From Macrostomum lignano (taxonomy: Eukaryota): a stretch of 64,000 nt of DNA. The notes beneath the pieces were generated by a model that was given only the letters and a program-made list of their open reading frames with translations, did not search any database and was not told the origin of the DNA. The stretch covers positions 154,998 to 218,997 of the forward strand of contig NIVC01003103.1 in assembly GCA_002269645.1 (NCBI GenBank), given 5' to 3'. The position numbers and the translations under genes were made by a program. Position 1 is the stretch's first letter. The number at the start of each line of letters is the position of its first letter. Below, in pieces: positions 1 through 15,290 of the stretch.

Positions 1-245
<245 letters not shown>

Positions 246-845
246 CATTCATCTATTGTTAGATGGGTTAGCATAGGTTTTAGGGCCATCTTGAAATAAC
301 TCCGATAGAGTAAAGTACTCCATGCACAAAAACAAGTACTTAGATTAACTGAGTGAACTGCACTGCGCACACAGCAGTTACAAAGGTGTTACTCAATGCA
401 AAAAGCGCAGCGAGTCAAGCGAACTGAAATCCGGAGCTCGGGAATGCAGAGCTGCGAGGCATGTCAGAAGAGTAAAACAAAGCCAGGCGGTGCAACCGCG
501 AAAAGAAAAATTGCCGCCGCCAAAAGGAGGGGCGAATTTCTTGGCGCCATGAATTGCCGCGCCGCCCCCCCCGCCTGTCAAGCCGCTAATGACCGGGCAG
601 GGCTGCAGGATAATCAGCGGCGCCGTGTCCTTCTGGGCCGGCCGCTCATCCCCATTTGCCTCGGGACCTGGCCGCTTTTTTGAGGATAATCAGAGCGGAG
701 AACGAGGAGAACAGCTTTCGGGCGGCCTGGGCTAAAAGAAAAATGTCCAGAGCTGCGAAACCTTTTGGCATCTGAAGTGCCTCGCTGCGAATGCACGGCT
801 TGCTGGGACCTCGGACCGGGATTTATTGGTCGGTGGAGAGGCAGG

Positions 846-1518
<673 letters not shown>

Positions 1519-2051
1519 GGAAGGCAGGCTCAGCAGGCCGAGATTGCGGGCCCATTAATTCCGTGGTGGAATTGGCAATAAAAACTAAGATAGACTGTCT
1601 GCATCCCCCCAGCCTCTGTCCGAGCACTTTCACTGCCCCCGGAGATAAGGATGCAGTGCGGGCTCTGGGAGACGGAAATTCCCCGTAGAATTGGCGGATG
1701 TTTGGGGCTCAGAGAATTTGATTTTCATATCTTTCCCAGCCGGACGGCCAGAAACCGCCAGCGGAAGCGGCCGTTTCCCGGCGCTTTCACTCTTCCATCA
1801 TCATATTTTCTGCTTGGCAGCCCCTGGCGGCCCCACCCATTCACTGCCCGAATTCTTTGTCTGCGAATGAATGGCCAGTCAATCCGGCGCTCAGGAGGGA
1901 GCAGCTGAGAACCGATGAGGCTGGAGTGGATGAAGACGCAAATATTGGGCGGTCGCTGCTTGGGGTGGCAGCTGAAGACGGAGAATCGCCTTCTTGTGAA
2001 GAAGGTAAATTACCTGAGAAGTCTTGCGTTGACTTGAGAGGTGGAAGCTTC

Positions 2052-2487
<436 letters not shown>

Positions 2488-3400
2488 TAAATAATAATAG
2501 GCAGACTGAGAGGCCGCGAACTCAGGACCACACAAGAGGACAAAACGGGGCGCTGGCAGGCGAGCTGTTGGGAAAGAAGTTTCTGCCGGACCCTTGCAAA
2601 TGAAGCCAGCAAGGCGGTCCACTTCACCGTCTCTTTACTCTGCCCGCTCTCGGTCTCCGGATCCGCTGAGATTCCACCCCCCCCCCCTGTCTGTAGCCGA
2701 TATCCCAATTCCGCAGCTCAGATTCGGCCACTGAAATCCGATGGCAGGGAATCCTTCATTGCAATTTCCTCCTGACCGGCCGGCCTCTCCCGGCTCACTT
2801 TATTCGTCCGGTCGGAGCTGTGCAAACAGTTCTGAGCCGGGCGACTTAATTTGACAAAGCACTACTGGTATCAGACTACTGACAGTAGAAATGCGAACAT
2901 TCTTAAGATAAAATGTTCGATGAAAAATACTTATTTAAACTACAGGATAATAATAAGAGGACCAGTGCGGAATTTAGTGCGGGCACCACCGTGAACTCAG
3001 TTTCTCCACACAAGTAAAGGGAGGCGCTGCAGTGTTGCACGCGGCCGCCTCTGTGCCGATCTGCGCGGCTCCAACTGGGTTTGCAGCCGCTCCGCACTCC
3101 CTCATCTCTCCGCTGCCCCTCGGTCTGCCCAAATGCGGCCCCGGGTTTCCGTTGCACTTAATAGATTAGTAGTTTGGGATCAATTTTTTAGGAGGGCCGG
3201 CCCTGGCTGCGGCAGTCTGAGGACGGCATCTTTGGGAGGAACACCAAGATTTTAGGGAGAAAGGGGCGGAGAGAAAGACGGAGAAGTTCAGGATGAGAAT
3301 CCTGAATCCTGAGTGCGGCTTGGCATTTGGGAGGCGGGCGGGGCCTGGCATGAGGGAGAGGATTGAGAGACCGAATCTGAAACTGAAGGAGACAGAGGGA

Positions 3401-5695
3401 GAGCGGATCGGACAGTGAGGTAGAGAGCGGATCGGACAGTGAGGTAGAGAGCGGATCGGACAGTGAGGTAGAGAGCGGATCGGACAGTGAGGTAGAGAGC
3501 GGACCGGAGTGAGGTAGAGAGCGGATCGGACAGTGAGGTAGAGAGCGGATCGGAGTGAGGTAGAGAGCGGATCGGACAGTGAGGTAGAGAGCGGATCGGA
3601 CAGTGAGGTAGAGAGCGGATCGGACAGTGAGGTAGAGAGCGGACCGGACAGTGAGGTAGAGAGCGGATCGGACAGTGAGGTAGAGAGCGGACCGGAGTGA
3701 GGTAGAGAGCGGATCGGACAGTGAGGTAGAGAGCGGATCGGAGTGAGGTAGAGAGCGGATCGGACAGTGAGGTAGAGAGCGGATCGGACAGTGAGGTAGA
3801 GAGCGGATCGGACAGTGAGGTAGAGAGCGGACCGGAGTGAGGTAGAGAGCGGATCGGACAGTGAGGTAGAGAGCGGACCGGAGTGAGGTAGAGAGCGGAT
3901 CGGAGTGAGGTAGAGAGCGGATCGGACAGTGAGGTAGAGAGCGGACCGGACAGTGAGGTAGAGAGCGGATCGGACAGTGAGGTAGAGAGCGGACCGGAGT
4001 GAGGTAGAGAGCGGATCGGACAGTGAGGTAGAGAGCGGATCGGACAGTGAGGTAGAGAGCGGATCGGACAGTGAGGTAGAGAGCGGACCGGAGTGAGGTA
4101 GAGAGCGGATCGGACAGTGAGGTAGAGAGCGGATCGGAGTGAGGTAGAGAGCGGATCGGACAGTGAGGTAGAGAGCGGATCGGACAGTGAGGTAGAGAGC
4201 GGATCGGACAGTGAGGTAGAGAGCGGACCGGACAGTGAGGTAGAGAGCGGATCGGACAGTGAGGTAGAGAGCGGACCGGAGTGAGGTAGAGAGCGGATCG
4301 GACAGTGAGGTAGAGAGCGGATCGGAGTGAGGTAGAGAGCGGATCGGACAGTGAGGTAGAGAGCGGATCGGACAGTGAGGTAGAGAGCGGACCGGAGTGA
4401 GGTAGAGAGCGGATCGGACAGTGAGGTAGAGAGCGGATCGGAGTGAGGTAGAGAGCGGATCGGACAGTGAGGTAGAGAGCGGATCGGACAGTGAGGTAGA
4501 GAGCGGACCGGAGTGAGGTAGAGAGCGGATCGGACAGTGAGGTAGAGAGCGGACCGGAGTGAGGTAGAGAGCGGATCGGAGTGAGGTAGAGAGCGGATCG
4601 GACAGTGAGGTAGAGAGCGGACCGGACAGTGAGGTAGAGAGCGGATCGGACAGTGAGGTAGAGAGCGGACCGGAGTGAGGTAGAGAGCGGATCGGACAGT
4701 GAGGTAGAGAGCGGATCGGACAGTGAGGTAGAGAGCGGATCGGACAGTGAGGTAGAGAGCGGATCGGACAGTGAGGTAGAGAGCGGATCGGACAGTGAGG
4801 TAGAGAGCGGATCGGACAGTGAGGTAGAGAGCGGATCGGACAGTGAGGTAGAGAGCGGACCGGAGTGAGGTAGAGAGCGGATCGGACAGTGAGGTAGAGA
4901 GCGGATCGGAGTGAGGTAGAGAGCGGATCGGACAGTGAGGTAGAGAGCGGATCGGACAGTGAGGTAGAGAGCGGATCGGACAGTGAGGTAGAGAGCGGAC
5001 CGGACAGTGAGGTAGAGAGCGGATCGGACAGTGAGGTAGAGAGCGGACCGGAGTGAGGTAGAGAGCGGATCGGACAGTGAGGTAGAGAGCGGATCGGAGT
5101 GAGGTAGAGAGCGGATCGGACAGTGAGGTAGAGAGCGGATCGGACAGTGAGGTAGAGAGCGGACCGGAGTGAGGTAGAGAGCGGATCGGACAGTGAGGTA
5201 GAGAGCGGATCGGAGTGAGGTAGAGAGCGGATCGGACAGTGAGGTAGAGAGCGGATCGGACAGTGAGGTAGAGAGCGGACCGGAGTGAGGTAGAGAGCGG
5301 ATCGGACAGTGAGGTAGAGAGCGGACCGGAGTGAGGTAGAGAGCGGATCGGAGTGAGGTAGAGAGCGGATCGGACAGTGAGGTAGAGAGCGGACCGGACA
5401 GTGAGGTAGAGAGCGGATCGGACAGTGAGGTAGAGAGCGGACCGGAGTGAGGTAGAGAGCGGATCGGACAGTGAGGTAGAGAGCGGATCGGACAGTGAGG
5501 TAGAGAGCGGATCGGACAGTGAGGTAGAGAGCGGATCGGACAGTGAGGTAGAGAGCGGATCGGACAGTGAGGTAGAGAGCGGATCGGACAGTGAGGTAGA
5601 GAGCGGATCGGACAGTGAGGTAGAGAGCGGACCGGAGTGAGGTAGAGAGCGGATCGGACAGTGAGGTAGAGAGCGGACCGGAGTGAGGTAGAGAG
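3401..5695. repeat. 24/22-bp minisatellite GTGAGGTAGAGAGCGGA(T/C)CGGA(CA)
   Basis: About 95 units of four variants; explains the 947-aa repetitive ORF. Confidence 0.97.
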
Positions 5696-6550
5696 AAAAT
5701 CAAGCTAGAGTGCATGTGTGGGGAAAGCAGAAAGTGAAAGCAGGCCGGAGCACTCAGGGGGGACTCAGGGGGACTCAGTGCCAGCTGTACTGGTAGAAGT
5801 GCGCAGCTGGGATGCAAGTTGACGGCTGGGCAGCGGGTAGTCCCGGACCCACCAGTCCGCATTAGCGCGCGGCCGCCCCGAGATTTTGACTGCTTTGCTA
5901 CGCGAACCGGCGGAGAGACGGAGAGGACGCTGGGGAGACGCCAAGGGGGGGGGGGGTAATGCAAGCCGTCCATTAGCGCACTTCTTTTTTTACCAACTTT
6001 TACCCACAAACTTGGCGCTCAAGAGAGGCTTCTCTGGCGTGACGGAACGGCGGCTCCCTCGGCTCCGCTTGGCGAGAGTCGTAAATCCCGCCCGGGCCGC
6101 GAAGCCGGCTGGCCGTCTCCTGGGAGGCCAGGTGAGTCGCCGAAGTCCGAGAGCTTCGAAATCTACGACCAGCTTTTCTAAGAAAATCGCGGATTCCTGG
6201 AATCCCCCGCGGTTTCTGCTGCCCCCAGCCCCGTGTCCAGCGCGCGCTTATCTCGGCCAGCGATCGGTGCGGCCGGACTGGAGACCCGTCCGGGGTCCAC
6301 TTAATTGGCTCTCCTTCAGTGCGGAATGGCAAAGCAAACTTTGCATAGTCGTCAAGGGGGTGTCAGGGCGACCTTTTGCCGCCGGCTTCAGTGGACTGAA
6401 GGACGCTCTGCCCAACGAGTTCCGGTTTGTTTATCTTAATGCAATCTTGCTGTTGGCGTAGCGACAGATTTGCCTTCACCTTTTTTGCCGCGGGCGAGGT
6501 GGGGTGGAAAATCTCGGGATTCGAAGTCTTTGGCCATTTAGAGTGACAGA

Positions 6551-7017
6551 GATGAGCGATGAGTCACCAGCTGGGAGTGACAGAAGAGGGTGATGAGTCA
6601 TAGACTGACCAGCTGGGAGTGACAGAAGAGGGTGATGAGTCATAGACTGACCAGCTGGGAGTGACAGAAGAGGGTGATGAGTCATAGACTAACCAGCTGG
6701 GAGAGACAGAAGAGGGTGATGAGTCATAGACTAACCAGCTGGGAGTGACAGAAGTGGGTGATGAGTCATAGACTAACCAGCTGGGAGTGACAGAAGTGAG
6801 TGATGGGTCATAGACTAACCAGCTGAGAGTGACAGAAGAGGGTGATGAGTCATAGACTAACCAGATGGGAGTGACAGAAGAGGGTGATGAGTCATAGACT
6901 AACCAGATGGGAGTGACAGAAGTGGGTGATGAGTCATAGACTAACCAGATGGGAGTGACAGAAGTGGGTGATGAGTCATAGACTAACCAGCTGGGAGTGA
7001 CAGAAGTGAGTGATGGG
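6551..7017. repeat. 42-bp minisatellite GATGAGTCATAGACTAACCAGCTGGGAGTGACAGAAGAGGGT
   Basis: About 11 copies, period 42 (6601 to 6643). Confidence 0.95.
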
Positions 7018-7682
7018 TAATATTATTGTTGATCTGCAAACCAGAGGAGATTTAAGAGAGCAAAAGACAGCCGAAGGCCGGGAGACAGGAAGTCCCTTGT
7101 GCCTAATGGAGAGGCAGAGCTGAGCTCAGAGTGAGCCACAGCGGAGAGCCGGGCCCATGGCGGACCTGCCGCGGTTCCCAGGACCAGCCGGGGTCTCTCA
7201 GGCGTAACGGAACCCGCCACGGCTCGAAGGGGCGGCGGCCGAGGCGTCTGCCGCCGCCGCGGGGCGATCGCGGGACGCGAAATGATGGGGCTGAGCAGGA
7301 TGAGGAGCCGGGGAAGCTGGAGGGAGGCAGGGGTGGCGCGCGGAGTTACAAGACCCGCTTCATTAACTGCAGCTGTTGAGTGTCTCAGGGACTCGCAGAG
7401 AACAGAGCGAGTCTCAGCAGCTCCCCTCCGCCTTCTTTCCTCCCCTGCCGGCTCCCCTAATCGCCGGAGTGAAATTTGCGCATTTCTCCCAGCAGCTTCA
7501 TCACTTGGGGCCCCAGCGTCCGAGCGTCGAGCCGAGATGAGGCGATCGCTCAGCCGGACGGCTCCTCCGCTCTTGGGCAATTTGCCTCCGGCTTCATCAG
7601 GTCGAGCTGGCTGGGCCCAGTCTCACTGGGGGCTCCAATGATGGCTCTGTGAGTGGTGCTGGCAAATCTCTGCCAGGGCCGC

Positions 7683-8194
7683 AAGTTTGCACACATCTGA
7701 GCAGGTTTGCACACATCTGAGCAGGTTTGTACACATCTGAGCAGGTTTGTACACATCTGAGCAGGTTTGCACACATCTGAGCAGGTTTGTACACATCTGA
7801 GCAGGTTTGTACACATCTGAGCAGGTTTGTACACATCTGAGCAGGTTTGTACACATCTGAGCAGGTTTGTACACATCTGAGCAGGTTTGTACACATCTGA
7901 GCAGGTTTGTACACATCTGAGTAGGTGTGTACACATCTGAGCAGGTTTGTACACATCTGAGCAGGTTTGTACACATTTGAGCAGGTTTGCACACATCTGA
8001 GCAGGTTTGTACACATCTGAGCAGGTTTGTACACATCTGAGCAGGTTTGTACACATCTGAGCAGGTTTGTACACATCTGAGTAGGTGTGTACACATCTGA
8101 GCAGGTTTGCACACATCTGAGCAGGTTTGTACACATCTGAGCAGGTGTGTACACATCTGAGCAGGTTTGTACACATCTGAGCAGGTTTGTACAC
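7683..8194. repeat. 20-bp minisatellite GCAGGTTTGTACACATCTGA
   Basis: About 25 near-identical copies; explains the CTNLLRCVQT ORFs. Confidence 0.97.
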
Positions 8195-8343
8195 AATTTC
8201 AATCTTGCACAGTACCATTTTATCCGATTCTGCCCGTGTAAAATCGATGTTTATAAGCATTGATACTTCAAAATTTTGAAGCCACTTTGGACCTTGCTGG
8301 GTGCGCCCAGCTAGCTAAGCTGGAGCTGCGTATTACATCAGAG

Positions 8344-8810
8344 CCAGTGCCAGCGCCAGGCTGTCCAGTGCCAGCGCGAGGCTGTCCAGTGCCAGCACCA
8401 GCACCAGGCTATTCAGTGCCAGCACCAGCACCAGGCTATTCAGTGCCAGCACCAGGCTATTCAGTGCCAGCGCCAGGCTGTTCAGTGCCAGCACCAGCAC
8501 CAGGCTGTCCAGTGCCAGCACCAGCACCAGGCTGTTCAGTGCCAGCGCCAGAATGTCGAGTACCAGCACCAGGCTATTCAGTGCCAGCACCAGCACCAGG
8601 CTGTTCAGTGCCAGCGCCAGAATGTCGAGTACCAGCACCAGGTTATTCAGTGCCAGCACCAGGCTGTCCAGTGCCAGCACCAGGCTGTTCAGTGCCAGCA
8701 CCAGGCTGTCCAGTGCCAGCACCAGGCTGTTCAGTGCCAGCACCAGGCTGTTCAGTGCCAGCACCAGGCTGTTCAGTGCCAGCACCAGGCTGTTCAGTGC
8801 CAGCACCAGG
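8344..8810. repeat. 21/27-bp minisatellite GTGCCAGCACCAGGCTGTTCA
   Basis: Tandem units; explains the PAPGCSV ORF. Confidence 0.95.
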
Positions 8811-10102
8811 TTTCAGCAATCCGAAGCCGAGTGAGCCAGAGCATCATCTGCCATTCGAAGAGCCGCAGCTGAAGTGCTGAACCCCCCCCCCTCCCCCGAT
8901 GGCCCATGGCAGGCAGCCTCCTGCGCAGCAGCCGTAGTGGGAAATTATCCCCAATTCTTCCCCATCTGTCCGCATCCATTTTACTGCCGCAGCCGCATCG
9001 GTGCGATGGGCCGGCAGCCGGAATTGCCTCCAGACCGGTGAAGAAACCCCGGGCTGGCGGGATGCGCGGGGCTTCAAACTTGCCGACGGAATTTACGGAG
9101 CCGATCGCATTTTCGAAGTGGAGCGGGAGGAACAAAGTGCGAGGGGGCAGGGAGGAGTGGCCGGGAGATGCGCAGCAGATCCGATGCAGTTTTTTTGCGT
9201 CGCGCAAATTGTTGTGGGGCGGCGGCGAAAGCGGGGATTTGCCTGGTGGGGGGGGGGGGCTGCAGCAGGCAGACACTCGGCCTCACCTGTAATAGGGTCG
9301 GAGGGGGTTCGAGCCCTGGCAGCAGCTGCAGTGGTATCCCATTTCTGCTGGGCTTCCATGGCGGTCGCGTGCCGGCCGCATTCAAGCGGCAGCCGGCGGG
9401 GCTCCGAGCAGAAGAAAGACGCGCAGCTCCGCATTGATCGGGCCCGCCCTCCCCGCCGCTTCCCCCGGGAGGCTCGTTGAATGTAAGAAAAGGGAGAAAA
9501 AGGAGGGCCAGGCGGGCTGCTCAGCTCGGCGAATCGATGCGGGAGGCCGGCGGAATCTGGGAGCCCCGGTGCTCTGAGAGCCTCCGTATCGTTCGGCGAA
9601 AATTAAGTGTGAGAGAGGGGCCCGGCTTCATCTGCTCAAGCATCCGAGAGTGATTCCCACACTTTCCTTTCCTCCCTTCTTCTTTTCTCTCTCTCGCCCC
9701 GAAAATCACAGCGTCCTCAGTTGGCCTGTTTGCAGCTGGCCGGCCCAGCTTCCTGCCTCATCGGGGCTCAAATCAACCGGTGTCACGCGACCGGCCTCCG
9801 GAACCGCCCGCACGGTCCCCGCCCTCTCCTTGCCAGCCGGGCCGGTCAATCTCCCTGGCAGCCCCCGGCCCGGCCATTTTCTTCTCCCGATAAAAGGAAG
9901 GAAGAATAATTGCCTCCTCCCGGGCCGTGTTAATAACATCAGAGACCTCCCAGCCAGGGACTTCTTCTATGGGTTTCTTTTGCCAAGGCGAACCACATTC
10001 GGCCGCTAACAGATTTCAGACAAAAGTTCAAAGAATATCTGCAGGAAGACTTTGCCTAACTGGCTAACAGAAGTCTATATGTTGCATATGGTATTACGTA
10101 AT

Positions 10103-10320
10103 AAAATCTCCTACCCCCACCAGCCAATAGGAGCGCACCACGTAGTAAAAAATCCTGCCTACACCAGCCAATAGGAGCGCACCACGTAGTAAAAAATCCT
10201 ACCCCCACCAGCCAATAGGAGCGCACCACGTAGTAAAAAATCCTACCCCCACCAGCCAATAGGAGCGCACCACGTAGTAAAAAATCCTGCCCCCACCAGC
10301 CAATAGGAGCGCACCACGTA
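10103..10320. repeat. 44-bp minisatellite containing CCAAT
   Basis: About 5 copies of CAGCCAATAGGAGCGCACCACGTAGTAAAAAATCCT(A/G)CCCCCAC, just inside the intron after the LamG exon. Confidence 0.93.
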
Positions 10321-10377
10321 ATATCCTTCCTCCCTCAAGATCCAGTTCACAATAAAGACAAAAAAGTCTCCACTCAC

Positions 10378-11161
10378 GTCTTTCGCATCGCGGTCCAATA
10401 TAGGCCTCCGGGCAGAAGCAGAAAGGCTGGTTGCCGTCGCCCACGAGGCAGAGGCCGCCATTGAGGCAGCCAGTTGCCTCGGCGCAGGTTGGCGGCAGCT
10501 GGCGCAGACGGCAGTTCTGGCGGCGCAGAACCCCTGGCGCGCTGAGGCGACCGCTGGCGCAATCGGTGTACAACACGTTGCGCACCGTGCCAGCAAAGCG
10601 AGCCTGGAACACCACGCCGATAAAGGCCCGGCTGGAGCCGTCGCGGGTCAGCTTGGGCGGCAGGCCGCCGATAAACACCGGGCCGCCTGTCGCTGACGCT
10701 GCCTGGGCGGCCGGGTTGTGCAGCGGAAGCTGCTGCGTCCGGTTGCCCAGCCGGAAGGCCACGCGGCCGGCGCCGACCGTCACGGCGACCTGCTGGAAGC
10801 CGTCGCCACCGCCCAGTGGCTGCTGCAAATCCCGGCCGGCCTCCGCAGTCAGCGGTCCCTTCGCCTGCGAGGCGTTGGACTCAAGATTGAGCGACAGCTG
10901 CAGGCGGCCCTCCAGCAGGTTGAGGTGCAGGAACAGGCCGGGCCCGAGCTCCGTGTACAGCAGCAGGCCGGTTCCGTTCGACGCCCGGAACTCCAGCGAC
11001 AGGCTGGCGTTGACGCAGGGCCGCCAAGCCGGCAGCTCCACGTAGGACTCGTTGCCGGTCAGCGTTGCCGCGAACGCCTCCTGGTCGGTTGCTAGGCAGC
11101 CAATGTTCTGCCATGGTTGCCATAGTGACAGCAGCAACAACAGCAGAAGCTGCATCGGCAT
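10378..11161 (-). CDS. First coding exon of an alpha-neurexin-like protein: signal peptide, laminin G (LNS) domain, EGF domain; rest of gene not found in window
   Basis: MPMQLLLLLLLSL signal peptide; LamG motifs LSLEFRAS-GTGLLLYT, VFIGGLP, FAGTVRNV; EGF C..CLNGGLC..FCFCPEAYIGPRCE; phase-1 donor C|GTGAGT after 10378. SP-LNS-EGF order matches the alpha-neurexin N-terminus. Confidence 0.8.
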
Positions 11162-12228
11162 TTGATGCTGGATGCTGGCGGGTTGGTTGAAGAATTCTTA
11201 TCTCTTTCACACAGTCGGACTGCAGCTCCCGATCCAGCTTCATCAGTCACCTGGCGCCGCTGATCCCATATGGAAATCAGGGGAGGGGGCGGCGCCGCCA
11301 TTGGCTGACGGCCGGCCTGCGAATCCAGCGCGGTTCTCGGCCGGCTTTGGCCCGAATGTCTCCCTCTCGCCTCCCCAACTTTGCCGCGAGTTCGCCAATT
11401 TGTCCCGCGAACCTCTCGGCTGGGCTGGGCTGAGAAATCAAGGCAAAAATGCAGAGTGGCGCAGCTGCTGGCCCGCCAACAACAGTCTGCTAGAGGGCCG
11501 GGGGATCTGAGAGCTCTCCTTCATCCCTTTCCAGCCTCCCCCTTTGGCTTCGATAATCATTTTTCCGTGTTCCACTCGGCCCGGCCCAGTGCTGAGCTGT
11601 GTTGGGCGGGGGCTAATCCCCCGCGATGGATAACTGCTCATTAGGCTGCGGTGGCGGCTTCAGCAGCTCCGTGTGCCGTCTTGAGCCACCACCGCCTTCA
11701 GTGATTCGCCGACTTCCCACCGCTGACAGATGGCGATGGATACGCGGCTGCACCGTCTGCTGGAAACTCTCCCACAATGCCAGCCTCCACCACCTCCGAT
11801 ATCTGCCTGACAAACCCCTCCTCTCCTTGCCCCCGCCCGCCATCAACCCAGCCAGGCTCCCTTTGTGGGATAAATTTCCCTAAGCCGCTTTCTTTCCGGC
11901 AGCCGAGCTTCGAGCGGCATTCGACTTCAGCGGCCGCTGACTAAGAAGTGCACAGGGGGTGCTGGCAGGCTGACCCTTGTCAAGTATCCCCGAAATCCCC
12001 AGATGCGGCTCGCGGGCGGGCAGAGCTGTCAGACCCAGTTTCTGGTGACACGGCTGCCCGGCTTGCGTAACTGTTGTTGCCGGCTTCGCAGCAGGAGGGA
12101 TTCCTGCCGAGCCTCGGCTGCCAGTCCGTTTGACCGCTGGCGCGAGGCCTGCCTAAATACTGCCGCAGCTGCGCCTTGTCTTGCGGCCTGGGGCCCCGAG
12201 CCACGGGGAGACAAGGGGAAGCACGGAA

Positions 12229-13870
12229 TCCCCTGCCATCTCCCCTGCCATCTACTCTGCCATCTCCCCTGCTATCACCTCTGCCATCTCCTCTGCCATC
12301 TCCTCTGCCATCTCCCCTGCTATCACCTCTGCCATCAATTCTGCCATCTCCCCTGCCATCGCCTCTGCCATCGCCTCTGCCATCTTCTCTGTCATCTCAC
12401 CTGCCATCACCTCTGCCATCTCCTCTGCCATCTCTCCTGCCACCTCCCCTGCTATCTCCTCTGCTATCTCCTCTGCCATCTCCTCTGCCATCTCCTCTGC
12501 CATCTCCTCTGCCATCTCTCCTGCCATCTCCCTGCCATCTCCTTTGCTATCTCCACTGCCATCTACTCTGCCATCTCCCCTGCCATCGCCTCTGCCATCT
12601 CCCCTGCCATCACCTCTGCCATCTCCACTGCCATCTCCCCTGCCATCTCCTCTGCCATCTCCCCTGCTATCACCTCTGCCATCTCCTCTGCCATCTCCTC
12701 TGCCATCTCCCCTGCTATCACCTCTGCCATCAATTCTGCCATCTCCCCTGCCATCGCCTCTGCCATCGCCTCTGCCATCTTCTCTGTCATCTCACCTGCC
12801 ATCACCTCTGCCATCTCCTCTGCCATCTCTCCTGCCACCTCCCCTGCTATCTCCTCTGCCATCTCCTCTGCCATCTCCCCTGCTATCACCTCTGCCATCA
12901 ATTCTGCCATCTCCCCTGCCATCGCCTCTGCCATCGCCTCTGCCATCTTCTCTGTCATCTCACCTGCCATCACCTCTGCCATCTCCTCTGCCATCTCTCC
13001 TGCCACCTCCCCTGCTATCTCCTCTGCTATCTCCTCTGCCATCTCCTCTGCCATCTCCTCTGCCATCTCCTCTGCCATCTCTCCTGCCATCTCCCTGCCA
13101 TCTCCTTTGCTATCTCCACTGCCATCTACTCTGCCATCTCCCCTGCCATCGCCTCTGCCATCTCCCCTGCCATCACCTCTGCCATCTCCACTGCCATCTC
13201 CCCTGCCATCTCCTCTGCCATCTCCCCTGCTATCACCTCTGCCATCTCCTCTGCCATCTCCTCTGCCATCTCCTCTGCCATCTCTCCTGCCATCTCCCTG
13301 CCATCTCCTTTGCTATCTCCACTGCCATCTCCCCTGCCATCTCCTCTGCCATCTCCCCTGCCATCACCTCTGCCATCTCCACTGCCATCTCCCCTGCCAT
13401 CTCCTCTGCCATCTCCCCTGCTATCACCTCTGCCATCTCCTCTGCCATCACCTCTGCCATCTCCTCTGCCATCTCCTCTGCCATCTCCTCTGCCATCTCC
13501 CCTGCCATCACCTCTGCCATCTCCTCTGCCACCTCCCCTGCTATCACCTCTGCCATCTATTCTGCCATCTCCTCTGCCATCTCCTCTGCCATCTCCTCTG
13601 CCATCTCTCCTGCCATCTCCCTGCCATCTCCTTTGCTATCTCCACTGCCATCTACTCTGCCATCTCCCCTGCCATCTCCTCTGCCATCTCCCCTGCCATC
13701 TCCTCTGCCATCTATTCTGCCATCTACTCTGCCATCGCCTCTGCCATCTCCTCTGCCATCTCCCCTGCCATCTCCTCTGCCATCTATTCTGCCATCTCTC
13801 CTGCCATCTCCCTGCCATCTCCTCTGCCATCTCCACTGCCATCTACTCTGTCATCTATTCTGCCATCTCT
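12229..13870. repeat. 12-bp minisatellite CTGCCATCTCC(T/C) with higher-order block duplications
   Basis: Degenerate 11-12-bp units; the ...CATCAATTCTG...CTTCTCTGTCATC... block recurs near 12320, 12720 and 12890. Confidence 0.96.
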
Positions 13871-13873
13871 TCT

Positions 13874-14308
13874 GCGCCATCAGCACCTAGTCCAGCTCGG
13901 ACACTGGCGCCATCAGCACCCAGTCCAGCTCGGACACTGGTGCCATCAGCACCCAACTCAGCTCGGACACTTGCGCCATCAGCACCCAACTCAGCTCGGA
14001 CACTGGTGCCATCAGCACCAAACTCAGCTCGGACACTGGTGCCATCAGCACCAAACTCAGCTCGGACACTGGCGCCATCAGCACCAAACTCAGCTCGGAC
14101 ACTGGCGCCATCAGTACCCAGTCCAGCTCGGACACTGGCGCCATCAGCACCCAGTCCAGCTCGGATACTGGCGCCATCAGCACCCAACTCAGCTCGGACA
14201 CTGGCGCCATCAGCACCCAGTCCAGCTCGGACACTGGCGCCATCAGCACCCAGTCCAGCTCGGACACTGGCGCCATCAGCACCCAGTCCAGCTCGGACAC
14301 TGGCGCCA
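13874..14308. repeat. 33-bp minisatellite GCCATCAGCACCCAGTCCAGCTCGGACACTGGC
   Basis: About 13 copies abutting the 12-bp array. Confidence 0.95.
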
Positions 14309-15290
14309 TTCAACCAGGAACGAAAAGTCCACTCGAGCAACGAGTTTCGCAATTCCCGGAATTGGCAATCTGAGAAATCGCCAAATGGAGAGGCAGATGG
14401 GGATGCGGAGTCAGAAGTCCCCGGCCAGGTGAAGGGCAGCTGGAGGAGGCGGTGAGCAGGCAGTGAGTCAGTGCTGCTCAGCATCGCCCCGGCCAGCCTC
14501 CTCCGTGTGGAGAGGCAGTTTTCTTGGGCCCTCCCTCGGGTTATCGAATTTTCGAGGCAGGCGAGAGGCCAGTGAGGGAAGGTGGAGCCCGGCTCCGAAA
14601 TCCCAGCCCCAATTACCGAGGCCTCCGCGGTCCTCAGCGGCCCTAACTCAATCAGAGGCTGCCCTGCCTGCCAGACTCGGCCCTTCAGCCCGAGCTGGGA
14701 GTAGTGGCAGCGAGTTCTTGATCTCGCACTCCCGCTCTCTTTCTCTCTGCCACTTGAGCCCCCCCCCCTTTGCCGTGGGAAACTTGTTCCCCAGCGCGTC
14801 GGAGGATAAGATTCCCTCCTGATGGGGAGGGAAGTTTCTAGCCGTGAGAGATACTGAGGATTCTGCAAGTGCGGGGATATCGGTGGGGGCAAGCGGCTTC
14901 ATCAGCTCTCGCTGTGTTTCTGCATCTGTCTCCGAATCGACTCGGACGCTTGTGCTCTCGCCTCTCCTGCGGCACAGAAGCCCCGCCCCCCCTATGTTGG
15001 GATCCGCACGGTGGGAAAATAATTGAGAAGCAGCTAATCCCGCAGGGCTCAAGCAGAAGACAGACGGATGAGCGCAGCGGTGCTTTGATCTGCGAAGCCC
15101 CGCGCTGCTGCCGCGGCGGAGTCCCGTCGGGGACCCGGCCGCTTCTCTTGAGCAGTCAAAGCGAATTCTTAATGACGCAACTTTCTGCCTCTTGTAGCTT
15201 CCCGCTGTCTGGGGTGCCACGGACTGCCGCGCTGCATCAGGCTGGCTGCTTTGGGACCTTCAGGCGTTGGGAGTAGCAGCTTGGTGCGGT

